The position numbers were made by a program, and so were the translations under genes. From Candidatus Marinacidobacterales bacterium (lineage in GTDB: Bacteria; Acidobacteriota; Vicinamibacteria; Marinacidobacterales; DATDRI01), in contig OZ245365.1 of NCBI GenBank assembly GCA_965226495.1, forward strand, positions 5,184,001-5,248,000: DNA of 64,000 nt, given 5' to 3'. This document shows, piece by piece, positions 30,593-40,607 of this stretch (the stretch's first letter is position 1; the number at the start of each line of letters is the position of its first letter). The notes under the pieces were generated by a model that did not search any database, was not told where the DNA came from, and saw only the letters and a program-made list of their open reading frames with translations.

Positions 30593-31897
30593 TTATCGGC
30601 CCGAGTCTCGACCGCGGGTAGCCATTTCGTTGCGATACACCTCGCCGCCCTTCATCACGAACTGAATCTGACGAAGGGCCTTGATGTCTTCGGTGGGATC
30701 CATCGGCACCGCTAAGATGTCCGCGTACTTGCCGACTTCGATGGAGCCAATGTCCTTATCGGCACCGAGCAGCTTGGCGGTTTCGATGGTCCCCGCTCGC
30801 AGGGCCTGGGTCGTCGTCATACCGGCTTCGAAGTAGTACTGAATCTCTCGAATCGTCGCCGTCGTCCCATCGTTGGGCTCGTACGGCATTTGGTCGGTGC
30901 CAACCGCGACGTTGACTCCCACTTCAATAGCCGTCTGGAGTGCCTTCCAGTGAACCTTTCCCACCGAGTCCCGGCGTTTCAGATACCAGTCGGGAGAACC
31001 GATCTTCTCGAAGAAAGGCGCGGTGGCCGGCTGACTGACGACGATCGTAGGCACCAGCCACACCCCGTTCGCCTTCATCTTCTCGAGCGTGGGGCGATCC
31101 AAGAAATACCCATGCTCGATGCAGTCGATGCCCAGGTCGACGGCGGTTGACGTGGCCTGCGGCGAGCCGGAGTGCGCCGTTACCTTGCGCCCGAAACGGT
31201 GCGCGACGTCGATCACCGCTTCCATCTCCGCCGGGGTCATCGTGGCTTCGGCAATGTCGCCACCCCGGGTCGAGATGCCACCAGAAATGAGAATCTTGAT
31301 CCAACTGGCCCCTGCGGCAACCCGTTCGCGGACCGCCTTGGTGAGCTCGTCAGGACCATCGTAGGTCCGCCTTACCCCGCGGCTACCGTGCCCCGCGGTG
31401 ATGGGGACCGATTCGCCAGCGCTGAAAATGCGGGGACCCACAGCCTGTCCCTTCTTGATAGCCTTATCGAGAGCGATCGCCGTCTCACGCTTGTCTCCCG
31501 GAGCCCTTATGGTTGTCACACCCGATAGAAGAGCTAGCCGTGCGTTATACGCAACCCGAAGTGCTTTCTCGGTCTCCTTTTCATTGGCCAGCTCGGCCTG
31601 CATCTTCCCGGGCAGCATCAGCGCGAAGTGGGTGTGCATGTTCATGAGGCCCGGAGTGAGCCACATGCCATCGGCGCGAATGACCTCCGCCCCGGTGGGA
31701 ACCGGCGTACTCCCCGCCGGACCGATTGCGGAAATCCGCTCGCCTTCGATCACCACGACGGCATCTCGGATCGCAGGCCCGCCATCGAGATCGACGACGT
31801 TGGCGCCGACGATAGCCTTTGTTTGACACTGCGCTGCCTGTGGCGATAACAGTGCCGCCGCAGTAAGAACTATGAAAGCGTTCTGAATTCGTTGCAT
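30593..31897 (-). CDS. Secreted amidohydrolase, tandem copy 3
   Basis: NMHTH, WIKI, TAHSG, IEHG, GTDQ. Confidence 0.92.
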   Translation of the reverse strand: MQRIQNAFIVLTAAALLSPQAAQCQTKAIVGANVVDLDGGPAIRDAVVVIEGERISAIGPAGSTPVPTGAEVIRADGMWLTPGLMNMHTHFALMLPGKMQAELANEKETEKALRVAYNARLALLSGVTTIRAPGDKRETAIALDKAIKKGQAVGPRIFSAGESVPITAGHGSRGVRRTYDGPDELTKAVRERVAAGASWIKILISGGISTRGGDIAEATMTPAEMEAVIDVAHRFGRKVTAHSGSPQATSTAVDLGIDCIEHGYFLDRPTLEKMKANGVWLVPTIVVSQPATAPFFEKIGSPDWYLKRRDSVGKVHWKALQTAIEVGVNVAVGTDQMPYEPNDGTTATIREIQYYFEAGMTTTQALRAGTIETAKLLGADKDIGSIEVGKYADILAVPMDPTEDIKALRQIQFVMKGGEVYRNEMATRGRDSGR

Positions 31898-31927
31898 GTC
31901 AATTCTTCCTTTACCGGCTTGCCCGGT

Positions 31928-33232
31928 CTACCGGCCCGAAGCCCGAGCTCCCGTAGCCATGTCGTTGCGGTACACTTCGCCGCCCTTCATCACGAACTGA
32001 ATCTGGCGAAGGGCCTTGATGTCTTGGGTCGGATCCATCGGCACCGCGATGATGTCGGCGTACTTGCCGACCTCGATGGAACCGATGTCCTTGTCGGCAT
32101 CGAGAAGTTTGGCGGTCTCGATCGTCCCGGAGCGCAGCGCTTGGAGGGGCGTCATCCCCGCCGCGACGTAGTACTCGGCTTCTCGCACCGTGGCGATCGT
32201 CCCATCGTTGGGCTCCTGAGGAAGCTGATCGGTGCCGAGGGCGATCTTGACTCCTACCTCGATGGCCGTCTGAAGCATTTTCCAGTGCTCCTTGCCCACC
32301 GAGTCACGGCGTTTGAGATACCACTCCGGCGATCCGATCTTCTCGAAGAAAGGCGCGGTGGCCGGCTGGGTGACCACCATCGTCGGCACCAGCCAGGTGC
32401 CATGCTCCTTCATTTTCACCAGGGTCTCGCGATCGAGCGTGTAGCCGTGCTCGATGCAATCGATCCCCAACTCCACCGCCGTCGTCGTCGCTTGCGAAGA
32501 ACCGGAGTGAGCGGTGACCTTTCTGCCAAACCTGTGGGCGGCATCGATCACTGCTTCCATCTCTTCCGGCGTCATGGTGGCTTTCCCGATCGCGCCGCTT
32601 TGGGTCGCGATGCCCCCCGAAATCATGATCTTGATCCACACCGCCCCAGCCGCGACGCGCTGCCGCACCGCTTTCATCAACTCATAGGGACCGTCGTAGG
32701 TGACTTCGCCGGCGCCGTGGCCTGCGGTGATGGGAACGGACTCACCGGCGCTGAAGATGCGCGGACCGATGGCCTGCCCCTTGTCGATAGCCTTTTTGAG
32801 AGCAATCGCCGCGGAACGGCTGTCACCGGGCGGCCGCACCGTGGTCACCCCGGCCAGAAGGGATCCGCGCGCATTGTCCGCAACGCGGAGTGCCAGCTCG
32901 GTGTCTTTTTCATTCGCCAGCTCGGCCTGCATCTTGCCCGGAAGAATGAACCCGAAATGCTGATGCATGTTCATCAGATCCGGAACGAGCCACATGCCGT
33001 CGGCACGGAGCACTTCCGCGCCGTTGGGAACGCGCGTACTCCCGGCTGGGCCTATCGCGGAGATGCGCTCGCCTTCGATGACGACGACGCCGTCTCGAAT
33101 CGGAGCTCCGCCATCGAGATCGACGATGTTCGCCCCGACGATCGCCTTCACTTGAGACTCCGCCGTCTGCGGCGACAAGACAGAGAGTGCCGCCGCAGAC
33201 AGCCCAATCAGAGCGGCCTGAATTTGCTGCAT
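31928..33232 (-). CDS. Secreted amidohydrolase, tandem copy 2
   Basis: NMHQH, WIKI, TAHSG, IEHG, GTDQ. Confidence 0.92.
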   Translation of the reverse strand: MQQIQAALIGLSAAALSVLSPQTAESQVKAIVGANIVDLDGGAPIRDGVVVIEGERISAIGPAGSTRVPNGAEVLRADGMWLVPDLMNMHQHFGFILPGKMQAELANEKDTELALRVADNARGSLLAGVTTVRPPGDSRSAAIALKKAIDKGQAIGPRIFSAGESVPITAGHGAGEVTYDGPYELMKAVRQRVAAGAVWIKIMISGGIATQSGAIGKATMTPEEMEAVIDAAHRFGRKVTAHSGSSQATTTAVELGIDCIEHGYTLDRETLVKMKEHGTWLVPTMVVTQPATAPFFEKIGSPEWYLKRRDSVGKEHWKMLQTAIEVGVKIALGTDQLPQEPNDGTIATVREAEYYVAAGMTPLQALRSGTIETAKLLDADKDIGSIEVGKYADIIAVPMDPTQDIKALRQIQFVMKGGEVYRNDMATGARASGR

Positions 33233-33252
33233 TTTGAACCAGCCTGCTTTCT

Positions 33253-34566
33253 CTATTGGCCGGAAGCCCGGCTCCCGGTAGCCATGTCGTTGCGATACAC
33301 CTCGCCGCCCTTCATCACGAACTGAATCTGGCGAAGAGCCATGATGTCCGCCGTCGGATCCATCGGCACCGCCAAGATGTCCGCGTACTTGCCCACTTCG
33401 ATGGAGCCAATGTCGTTATCGGCATCGAGAAGCTTCGCCGTTTCAATGGTCCCGGATCGCAAAGCTTGAAGTGGCGTCATGCCCGCCTCGACGTAGTACT
33501 GAGCCTCTCGAACGGTGGATGTCGTCCCATCGTTTGGCTCATGAGGCATTTGATCCGTACCGAGGCCGATGTTGACGCCGACTTCAACGGCCGTCTGAAG
33601 CATCTTCCAATGCTCCTTACCGACCGAATCGCGGCGCTTCAGATACCACTCGGGAGATCCGATCTTCTCGAAGAAAGGAGCAGTAGCCGGCTGACTGACG
33701 ACGATGGTCGGCACCAGCCAAACACCATTCGCTTTCATTTTCTCTAGCGTGGGACGATCGAGAAAGTAGCCATGCTCGATGCAGTCGATCCCCAGATCAA
33801 CAGCGGTCGTCGTCGCTTGCGGGGAGCCGGAATGGGCAGTAACCTTTCTTCCGAATCGGTGCGCGGCATCGATCACCGCTTCCATCTCTTCTGGCGTCAT
33901 CGTGGCTTCCGCGATCGCGCCGCCTTGGCTCGCGATGCCTCCGGAGATCATGATCTTGATCCAACTTGCCCCGTCGGTCACGCGTTCTCGTACCGCTTTC
34001 ATAAGCTCGTACGGACCATCGTAGGTTTCGCCATGTCTCGACCCGTGGCCGGCGGTGATTGGAACACTATCGCTGGGGCTGAAGATGCGAGGCCCAATCG
34101 CCTGGCCCTTCTTGATCGCCTTATCGAGGGCAATCGATGCGGCGTGAGTGTCACCGGTGCTCCGTATGGTGGTGACGCCCGATAGAAGCGATAACCGCGC
34201 GTTGTAGGCAACCCGCAGAGCGAGCTCGGTTTGTTTCTCGTCGGCCAATTCGGCCGCCATCTTGCCGGGCAGCTTGAGGCCGAAGTGGACATGCATGTTC
34301 ATGAGGCCAGGAACGAGCCACATGCCGTCGGCGTGAATCACCTCCGCACCGGTTGGAACGCGGGTACTCGAAGCCGGGCCAATGGCGGAAATCCGCTCGT
34401 CCACGATCACCACCACCGCATCACGAATCGGCTCCCCGCCGTCGATATCGACGACGTTAGCCCCCACGATGGCCCTGACAACGGAGTCGTCGGAATCACC
34501 AGATTGGGCCGCCGCACCCACCGCGGTCGACAGCACCAAGATCAGAACGCTTGTTAGCCTTTGCAT
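33253..34566 (-). CDS. Secreted amidohydrolase, tandem copy 1
   Basis: GGGAGG RBS before MQRLTSVL; NMHVH, WIKI, TAHSG, IEHG, GTDQ. Confidence 0.92.
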   Translation of the reverse strand: MQRLTSVLILVLSTAVGAAAQSGDSDDSVVRAIVGANVVDIDGGEPIRDAVVVIVDERISAIGPASSTRVPTGAEVIHADGMWLVPGLMNMHVHFGLKLPGKMAAELADEKQTELALRVAYNARLSLLSGVTTIRSTGDTHAASIALDKAIKKGQAIGPRIFSPSDSVPITAGHGSRHGETYDGPYELMKAVRERVTDGASWIKIMISGGIASQGGAIAEATMTPEEMEAVIDAAHRFGRKVTAHSGSPQATTTAVDLGIDCIEHGYFLDRPTLEKMKANGVWLVPTIVVSQPATAPFFEKIGSPEWYLKRRDSVGKEHWKMLQTAVEVGVNIGLGTDQMPHEPNDGTTSTVREAQYYVEAGMTPLQALRSGTIETAKLLDADNDIGSIEVGKYADILAVPMDPTADIMALRQIQFVMKGGEVYRNDMATGSRASGQ

Positions 34567-34685
34567 ACTGAATACCTCCCTGTCCGAAAGCACTTGTAAA
34601 CCGGCAGCACTCTGCCGTCAAGGGCCGGGGGGGCGTGGCGAGACGCGTCTCAATGTGGTTCTATAATGATGAAGGAGAACTCAGG

Positions 34686-35444
34686 ATGGGCGCGAAACTC
34701 TTTTTGGGGAAATTCCTGCTGGTGAGCGGCTGCTGGATGGTTGCTGGATCTGTCTCTGCGGAAGCTACTGCAAAAGAAGAACGCTTCCAATGGCGGGGAC
34801 AAGTGGACGGCGTGGACGAGATCATGATCCGGGGTAGCTCCATTCGCATCAAGCACCTCGAAGCCAAGCCCATCCAACGCCAGGACCATCGCTTCAGCGC
34901 CCCGCTCCCGAGTCGCGAGGTTCATCTCAAGCTCAACAAGATCAAAGGGCGAGGCGATGTGCGGCTCATCGAGGAACCGAGCTCGTGGAACGACTATACC
35001 GCGGTGGTCCGAGTGGACGACGGCAAGCAGATGGGGGACGACGACTACGAGTTCGAGCTCGTCTGGCGGAGCGACGACTGGGATGACTGGGAGAACGACG
35101 ATTGGGATGACGAAGATGATTGGGACGATTTCGACAATCGCCGAGAAGGTGTCTTTCGGTGGGAAGGACGCGTCGACATCGGCGCCGAGATCGAGATCCG
35201 CGGCGACCAGCATGGCGTGAAAGACATGGGTGGCCAAGGGACCGAGGAGCGTCGCGCCCGCTTCCAGTCTCCCCTGCCCGAACGCGAGGTGCCGGTATCG
35301 CTCCACAAGATCGACGGCCGGGGTGACGTGGAGCTCCTCCAGACCCCGAGCTCCGCGAACGACTACACTGCGGTCGTGAAGATAGAGGATGACAAGATGG
35401 GTGCCGATACCTACGAGTTTGAGTTGACGTGGCCACGCAGATAG
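34686..35444 (+). CDS. Hypothetical exported protein with two homologous domains and an acidic Asp/Trp linker
   Basis: FxWxGxVD...GRGDVxLxxxPSSxNDYTAVVxxxD...YEFELxW occurs twice; GAAGGAG RBS. Confidence 0.82.
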   Translation: MGAKLFLGKFLLVSGCWMVAGSVSAEATAKEERFQWRGQVDGVDEIMIRGSSIRIKHLEAKPIQRQDHRFSAPLPSREVHLKLNKIKGRGDVRLIEEPSSWNDYTAVVRVDDGKQMGDDDYEFELVWRSDDWDDWENDDWDDEDDWDDFDNRREGVFRWEGRVDIGAEIEIRGDQHGVKDMGGQGTEERRARFQSPLPEREVPVSLHKIDGRGDVELLQTPSSANDYTAVVKIEDDKMGADTYEFELTWPRR

Positions 35445-35522
35445 AAGTGTTGGGCGCTTCAGATACTCCGTCTTAGGGAATTTCGGGGATTCCCATTTCA
35501 GAAAATTGCCCGGTGGGACCAA

Positions 35523-36410
35523 ATGAAAATTCAAATCTTGTTGATCCTAGCGTTCCCCGCTAGCCTCGCGCTGGCACAATCAGAAGCGCCCTCGCCGGAG
35601 GAGCTCGCGAACTGCTCCTATCAAGGGATCTATGACGATGCAGTTCAGCTCGAGAACGGCTCGTTCGAGGGCGAGCCCTTCGTCCCTGGGGGTGCGTCTC
35701 GCCCGTCGGTCCGGCTGGTCCGCGATTTCCGGTTGACAGGCGATCTGGACGGAGACGGGCAGGACGAAGCCGTCGTTCTCCTCGCGGAGAGTTCCGGAGG
35801 AACCGGGACAAACTACTATCTGGCCGCGGTCGGCCGACGCGATGGCTCTACCATGAACCTCGGCACTGCCTTGGTGGGGGATCGCGTTCAGGTCATGGAC
35901 GCGCGCGTCATCAAAGAGCGCGTGGTGCTCGACGTCGTTCAAGCAGGCCCCAAGGACCCCATGTGTTGTCCATCTCAAAAAGCCACACGGAGCTGGTCAT
36001 TCACAGCGTCTGGATTCGCCGAGAGCGAGCCGAGGTTCACCGGAACGTTTTCCCTCGAAGACCTCGAAGGTGTGGAGTGGATCCTAACCCACCTCGCGTG
36101 GGACGAGCCAGCGCCGGCGGAGCCGAAGGTGACTCTGAAGGTCGAGGGCAATCGCGTGAGCGGGGTGGGTGGCTGTAATCGCTACTTCGCCGATGTCCAA
36201 AGCGCATCAGCCGGTGAGTTGCAGGTGGGACCCATCGGCGGCACGTGGATGATTTGCTCCGGAGATGCCATGGAGCTCGAATTCCGCTACCACGATGCCC
36301 TCGTCGGAGCGCTGAAGTACGGCTTCGTGGCGGGCAAGCTTTCACTAACGACCAAGGAAGGCGAGGTCTACGGGACGCTTCTCTTCCAGCGTGGAGAAGG
36401 AGCACAGTGA
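35523..36410 (+). CDS. META (HslJ-like) domain exported protein
   Basis: SGVGGCNRYF, GPIGGTWMIC; N-terminal GDLDGDG and DPMCCPS. Confidence 0.85.
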   Translation: MKIQILLILAFPASLALAQSEAPSPEELANCSYQGIYDDAVQLENGSFEGEPFVPGGASRPSVRLVRDFRLTGDLDGDGQDEAVVLLAESSGGTGTNYYLAAVGRRDGSTMNLGTALVGDRVQVMDARVIKERVVLDVVQAGPKDPMCCPSQKATRSWSFTASGFAESEPRFTGTFSLEDLEGVEWILTHLAWDEPAPAEPKVTLKVEGNRVSGVGGCNRYFADVQSASAGELQVGPIGGTWMICSGDAMELEFRYHDALVGALKYGFVAGKLSLTTKEGEVYGTLLFQRGEGAQ

Positions 36411-36476
36411 AGGCAACGCCACTCGTAAGTGTCGTCGCCATCGAGCTCGCGATTACATCGACCTAAAAAATTGGAC

Positions 36477-36872
36477 CTACGCTGCCGACGGGCCTTGATA
36501 CCTGGCATCACCGAACCCCAATATCATGATGAAGATAGGGGCTAACAAGATGAGCCCAATCGCGAAGCCGACCCCCTTGCCGAAGGACTTGGCTAGGTCG
36601 ATATTAATGATGATGGCGAAAATGAAGTTGACGAACGGGATCATGGCCAGGATCAGCCACCACCATGGCCGGCCGACGATCTTGAGCAGCACGATGATGT
36701 TGTAGAAGGGTACCAGGATGGCCCACCCCGGCTCCCCCGCCTTGGTGAAGACTCGCCAGAACGCGGCGAGAATGGCAACCACGAACACCAAATAAACCGC
36801 CCAGAATAGCGGGCCCGGCCCTTCGTATGTTTGCTCTTGCAAGGAAACCATCATCGTCAGCAGGTTCGTCAT
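36477..36872 (-). CDS. Membrane protein, DUF5684-like
   Basis: WRVFTKAGEPGWAILVPFYN, LAKSFGKGVGFAIGL, ARYQGP. Confidence 0.85.
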   Translation of the reverse strand: MTNLLTMMVSLQEQTYEGPGPLFWAVYLVFVVAILAAFWRVFTKAGEPGWAILVPFYNIIVLLKIVGRPWWWLILAMIPFVNFIFAIIINIDLAKSFGKGVGFAIGLILLAPIFIMILGFGDARYQGPSAA

Positions 36873-37137
36873 GGTTTTTTCCCCTTAGATCTCACTTTCT
36901 TGAACTTGGAAACTAGAATCGGAGTTCGCTCACGGGTGAATGCCGCATAGTACTACTTGACCGCCCGAGAAAACCTCCCGAGCACTCCATCTGTTGCGTA
37001 ATTCTTCTCATCAACCCCAATAGATAGTGTCCGTTTTGTGATTTGACGGGGCCCGGAACCCGTTTTGACCGGCCTCCGGACTCATGCTAGTCTCGGTAAT
37101 CCCCGACAGTTCACGTAAGGTTGATTTAGGTAAATAT

Positions 37138-38394
37138 ATGATAAAAAAAGACTTACTGGATAATGGACTCACCGTGGTGACGGAGGCCATGCCCCACGTC
37201 CGCTCCGTAGCGATCGGGATCTGGCTCCGCCGGGGAAGCCGCCACGAGCAGCGGGTCAAGGGGGGTATCTCCCATTTCATCGAGCATATGGTGTTCAAAG
37301 GAACCACCCGCCGCACCCAGGTCGAGATCGCCCAGGAGATGGACGCGATCGGGGGTCAGACCGACGCCTTCACATCCAAGGAATACGCCAGTTTCAATGC
37401 CAAGGTGCTCGACGAGCACGTCCCGCAAGTAGTTGACCTCTTGGCGGATATCGTGCTCAATCCGAGCTTCGATCCACAGGAGCTCGAGCGGGAGCGAAAA
37501 GTCATCTTCGAAGAGATCAAAATGGTGGAGGACACTCCCGATGACCTCGTCCACGAGATCTTTATCGAGTCGTTCTGGCCTGATCACCCACTTGGACTCC
37601 CCATTCTTGGCACGGAGGAGACGGTCGCGGCGCTCGATCGCGACCAGCTCCTGAGGTTCTTCCGGGAAACCTACACCCCCGCCAACCTCATCGTGTCGGC
37701 GGCCGGGAATTTGGACCACGAGAAAGTGGTCGACCTCGTCGATAGCCATTTTCGACCCCTACAGCCGAGCCCCAACGGAGTTTATGAGTCTCCGCCGTTG
37801 GTTGACGCGGCGATGCGCTTCCGGGAAAAGGACCTGGAGCAGGTCCATCTGGTCCTGGGCACCGTCGCGCCCCATCAGAGCCATATCGACCGGTATACCT
37901 GTTACGTGTTGAACACGATCCTGGGTGGGACGATGAGCTCGCGACTCTTCCAGGTGATTCGGGAGAAACGAGGCCTGGCCTATAGCGTCTATTCCGGTCT
38001 CAGCTGCTATCGGGATGCCGGCAATCTCACCATCTACGCGGCCACCAGTCCTCAGACCAGTGCCCAGGTCGTTGACCTGGTGCTCGAGGAGCTGCGCCGG
38101 ATCCGCCGTGAGCCGGTCGGGGACAAGGAGCTACGCCGTGCCAAGGACCACCTCAAGGGAAGCATCATGCTGGGATTGGAAGGTACCGGTTCTCGCATGT
38201 CCCAGCTGGCGCAGCACGAGATGTATTTCGGGCGGCAGATCTCGCTAGACGAGACGCTCGCCGCTATCGAGAACGTGAACCGCGAGGAGATCATGCGGTT
38301 GGCAGGGGAATTGTTCGATGAAAGGCCGCTCGGTTTGACGGCGGTCGGCAATTTGGCCAAACTAAAACCGCTGCCGGAGCAATTGGTTGCCTAA
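37138..38394 (+). CDS. M16 (pitrilysin) family zinc peptidase
   Basis: GISHFIEHMVFKGT (HxxEH), MSSRLFQVIREKRGLAYSV. Confidence 0.95.
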   Translation: MIKKDLLDNGLTVVTEAMPHVRSVAIGIWLRRGSRHEQRVKGGISHFIEHMVFKGTTRRTQVEIAQEMDAIGGQTDAFTSKEYASFNAKVLDEHVPQVVDLLADIVLNPSFDPQELERERKVIFEEIKMVEDTPDDLVHEIFIESFWPDHPLGLPILGTEETVAALDRDQLLRFFRETYTPANLIVSAAGNLDHEKVVDLVDSHFRPLQPSPNGVYESPPLVDAAMRFREKDLEQVHLVLGTVAPHQSHIDRYTCYVLNTILGGTMSSRLFQVIREKRGLAYSVYSGLSCYRDAGNLTIYAATSPQTSAQVVDLVLEELRRIRREPVGDKELRRAKDHLKGSIMLGLEGTGSRMSQLAQHEMYFGRQISLDETLAAIENVNREEIMRLAGELFDERPLGLTAVGNLAKLKPLPEQLVA

Positions 38395-38445
38395 AACTCT
38401 ACCGTTCGGGGACCTCGATCAGTATACTGTTCCCGGAGGTTTCCC

Positions 38446-39285
38446 ATAGCCCTACAGATATCCGTTCTGGGCAGCGGCAGTAGCGGTAACGTCACGTTTG
38501 TCTCCAACGGCTCGGAGAACATCCTCATTGATGCCGGTTTAGCCTGCCGGGAAATAGAAAAACGGCTGGCGACCCTCGGAGTTCAGCCAAACGCCATCAC
38601 CGCTCTCTTGCTCTCTCACGAGCACCACGACCATGCCCGGGCCGCATTGCCCTTCGCCCGAAAGCATCGAACGCCGATCTTCGCCACCGAGGGCACCTTC
38701 CACCGACTCAAGGACCGGTCCGCTGAGAAGTACAAGAAGGTGGAATGGCTTCGCCTGAAAGCTAATCGCAGCTTGAAGCTGGCGAAGATGGTGGTAGACA
38801 TCTTCCCAACGCCGCACGATGCAGTGGAGCCGGTAGGATTCGCGGTCCGGCAAGGACAACTACGGTTTTCTCATGTCACGGATATTGGCCATATCTCGCA
38901 AGCGGTGGAAGAAGCGCTCCGAGGATCTCAGGCGATCCTCGTCGAGTCCAATCATGACGTGGATATGCTTCGACAGGGGCCCTACCCTGATTCCTTGAAA
39001 CAGAGGGTGGGAAGCCGTTTGGGTCACCTCTCGAACGAGGCGTTGGCCGTCTATCTGGAGCAGAGACTCCCGATGTCGGTCCGACATCTTTTCCTCGCTC
39101 ATATTTCCCGCACCAACAACCACGAGAGCCTTGCTATAGGGGCGTGCCGGGAAGCGCTTCAAAGAAGGGGCGACCCCGTACCGATGATCCACTTGACGTA
39201 TCCCGATCGACCCACGCACCTCCTTCGGCTCAGGGATCCTCGCCGGGCCGAAGTCAATAATCGACAACGGGTCCTCGCCTTTTAA
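38446..39285 (+). CDS. MBL-fold metallo-hydrolase (YycJ/WalJ-like), apparent ATA start
   Basis: SVLGSGSSGN, LIDAG, SHEHHDH, ESNHD, GHLSN; frame open back to ATA after GGAGGT. Confidence 0.85.
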   Translation: MALQISVLGSGSSGNVTFVSNGSENILIDAGLACREIEKRLATLGVQPNAITALLLSHEHHDHARAALPFARKHRTPIFATEGTFHRLKDRSAEKYKKVEWLRLKANRSLKLAKMVVDIFPTPHDAVEPVGFAVRQGQLRFSHVTDIGHISQAVEEALRGSQAILVESNHDVDMLRQGPYPDSLKQRVGSRLGHLSNEALAVYLEQRLPMSVRHLFLAHISRTNNHESLAIGACREALQRRGDPVPMIHLTYPDRPTHLLRLRDPRRAEVNNRQRVLAF

Positions 39286-39299
39286 CGGGAGGAGCGGGG

Positions 39300-40607
39300 A
39301 TGCTGACCGACCGCTACACACACCCCCAAATGGGGGATCTTTGGAGCGAACAGAAGAAGTTCGAGACGTGGTTGGCGGTCGAGATAGCGGCCGCCGAAGC
39401 GATGGCCGCCGAAGGCATCGTTCCCACTGAAGCCGTAGGAGAGATCAAGAAAAAGGCCAGTTTCTCCATCGAGCGCATCGACGAGATCGAGCGTGACGTC
39501 AAGCACGATGTGGTCGCTTTTACGACCGCCGTCGCGGAGACGGTAGGCGACGCCAGCCGCTGGATCCACTTCGGTCTCACCAGCTCCGATGTCGTCGATA
39601 CCGCCTTGGGGCTGAGACTTCGAGACGCCGCCGACCTCATCTTGGACGACGTCGACGCTCTCCTCAGTGTCCTCCGCAATCGAGCCTTGGATCACAAGCG
39701 CACGCTGATGGTCGGGCGGACGCACGGCGTCCATGCGGAGCCCATGACCTTCGGTTTAAAGCTAGCGCTTTGGTACGCCGAGGTCGCTCGGAGCCGCGAG
39801 CGCGTGGCCCGGGCCCGCGATGGGGTTGCCGTCGGAAAGCTCTCCGGAGCCGTAGGCACCTTTGCGCACCTATCTCCCAGCATCGAAGAGAAGACCTGTA
39901 GAAGCCTCGGGTTGAAACCAGCCCCGATTTCTTCACAGATACTCGGCCGCGATCGTCACGCGGAGATGCTCGGCGCTCTTGCGATCCTCGCCAGCACTCT
40001 CGACCGGATCGCCACCGAGATCCGAGGCCTGCAGCGAACCGAGATCCGGGAGGTGGAGGAGTTCTTCGACAAGAAACAAAAGGGCTCGTCCTCCATGCCC
40101 CACAAGCGAAACCCGGTGTCTTGCGAACAGGTCTCGGGACTGGCCCGCGTCATTCGCGCCAACCTGCAAACGGCGCTCGAAAACATACCGCTCTGGCACG
40201 AGAGAGACATCTCTCACTCTTCGGCGGAGCGGATGATCCTCCCCTCGAGCTTCATCTTGACCGACCACATACTTCGGAAGATGACGAGTGTCGTGGATAA
40301 TCTCATCGTTTACCCGGAGCGCATGCGGCAGAATCTCGAGTCCATGGGTGGGCTCGTCTTCAGCGGGCAAGTGTTATTGGAGCTAGCGAAACGTGGGCTC
40401 TCGAGAGAAGAGGCTTACAAGATCGTCCAGCGCAATGCGATGGCGGTCTGGAGCGACAAAAGTAACCGGGAAGACTTCAAATCTCTCCTCGCCAAGGACC
40501 CCGAGATTCAGGAACGACTCTCGCCGGAGGAGCTCGAAGCAACCTTCGATTACGACAACCAAATACGACAAGTCGATTCCATTTTGGAAAGAGTGTTCGA
40601 GTCTTGA
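39300..40607 (+). CDS. purB: Adenylosuccinate lyase
   Basis: GRTHGVHAEP, GSSSMPHKRNP, WHERDISHSS. Confidence 0.97.
   Translation: MLTDRYTHPQMGDLWSEQKKFETWLAVEIAAAEAMAAEGIVPTEAVGEIKKKASFSIERIDEIERDVKHDVVAFTTAVAETVGDASRWIHFGLTSSDVVDTALGLRLRDAADLILDDVDALLSVLRNRALDHKRTLMVGRTHGVHAEPMTFGLKLALWYAEVARSRERVARARDGVAVGKLSGAVGTFAHLSPSIEEKTCRSLGLKPAPISSQILGRDRHAEMLGALAILASTLDRIATEIRGLQRTEIREVEEFFDKKQKGSSSMPHKRNPVSCEQVSGLARVIRANLQTALENIPLWHERDISHSSAERMILPSSFILTDHILRKMTSVVDNLIVYPERMRQNLESMGGLVFSGQVLLELAKRGLSREEAYKIVQRNAMAVWSDKSNREDFKSLLAKDPEIQERLSPEELEATFDYDNQIRQVDSILERVFES

Noticed and set aside
29641-33325. Long plus-strand ORFs (311 aa and 477 aa)
   Set aside because: Antisense shadows of GC-rich amidohydrolase genes, with no motifs of their own
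26663-34566. Diversity-generating retroelement or shufflon behind the amidohydrolase repeats
   Set aside because: No reverse transcriptase or invertase in the window; differences span whole genes and are not adenine-specific; all copies share one orientation
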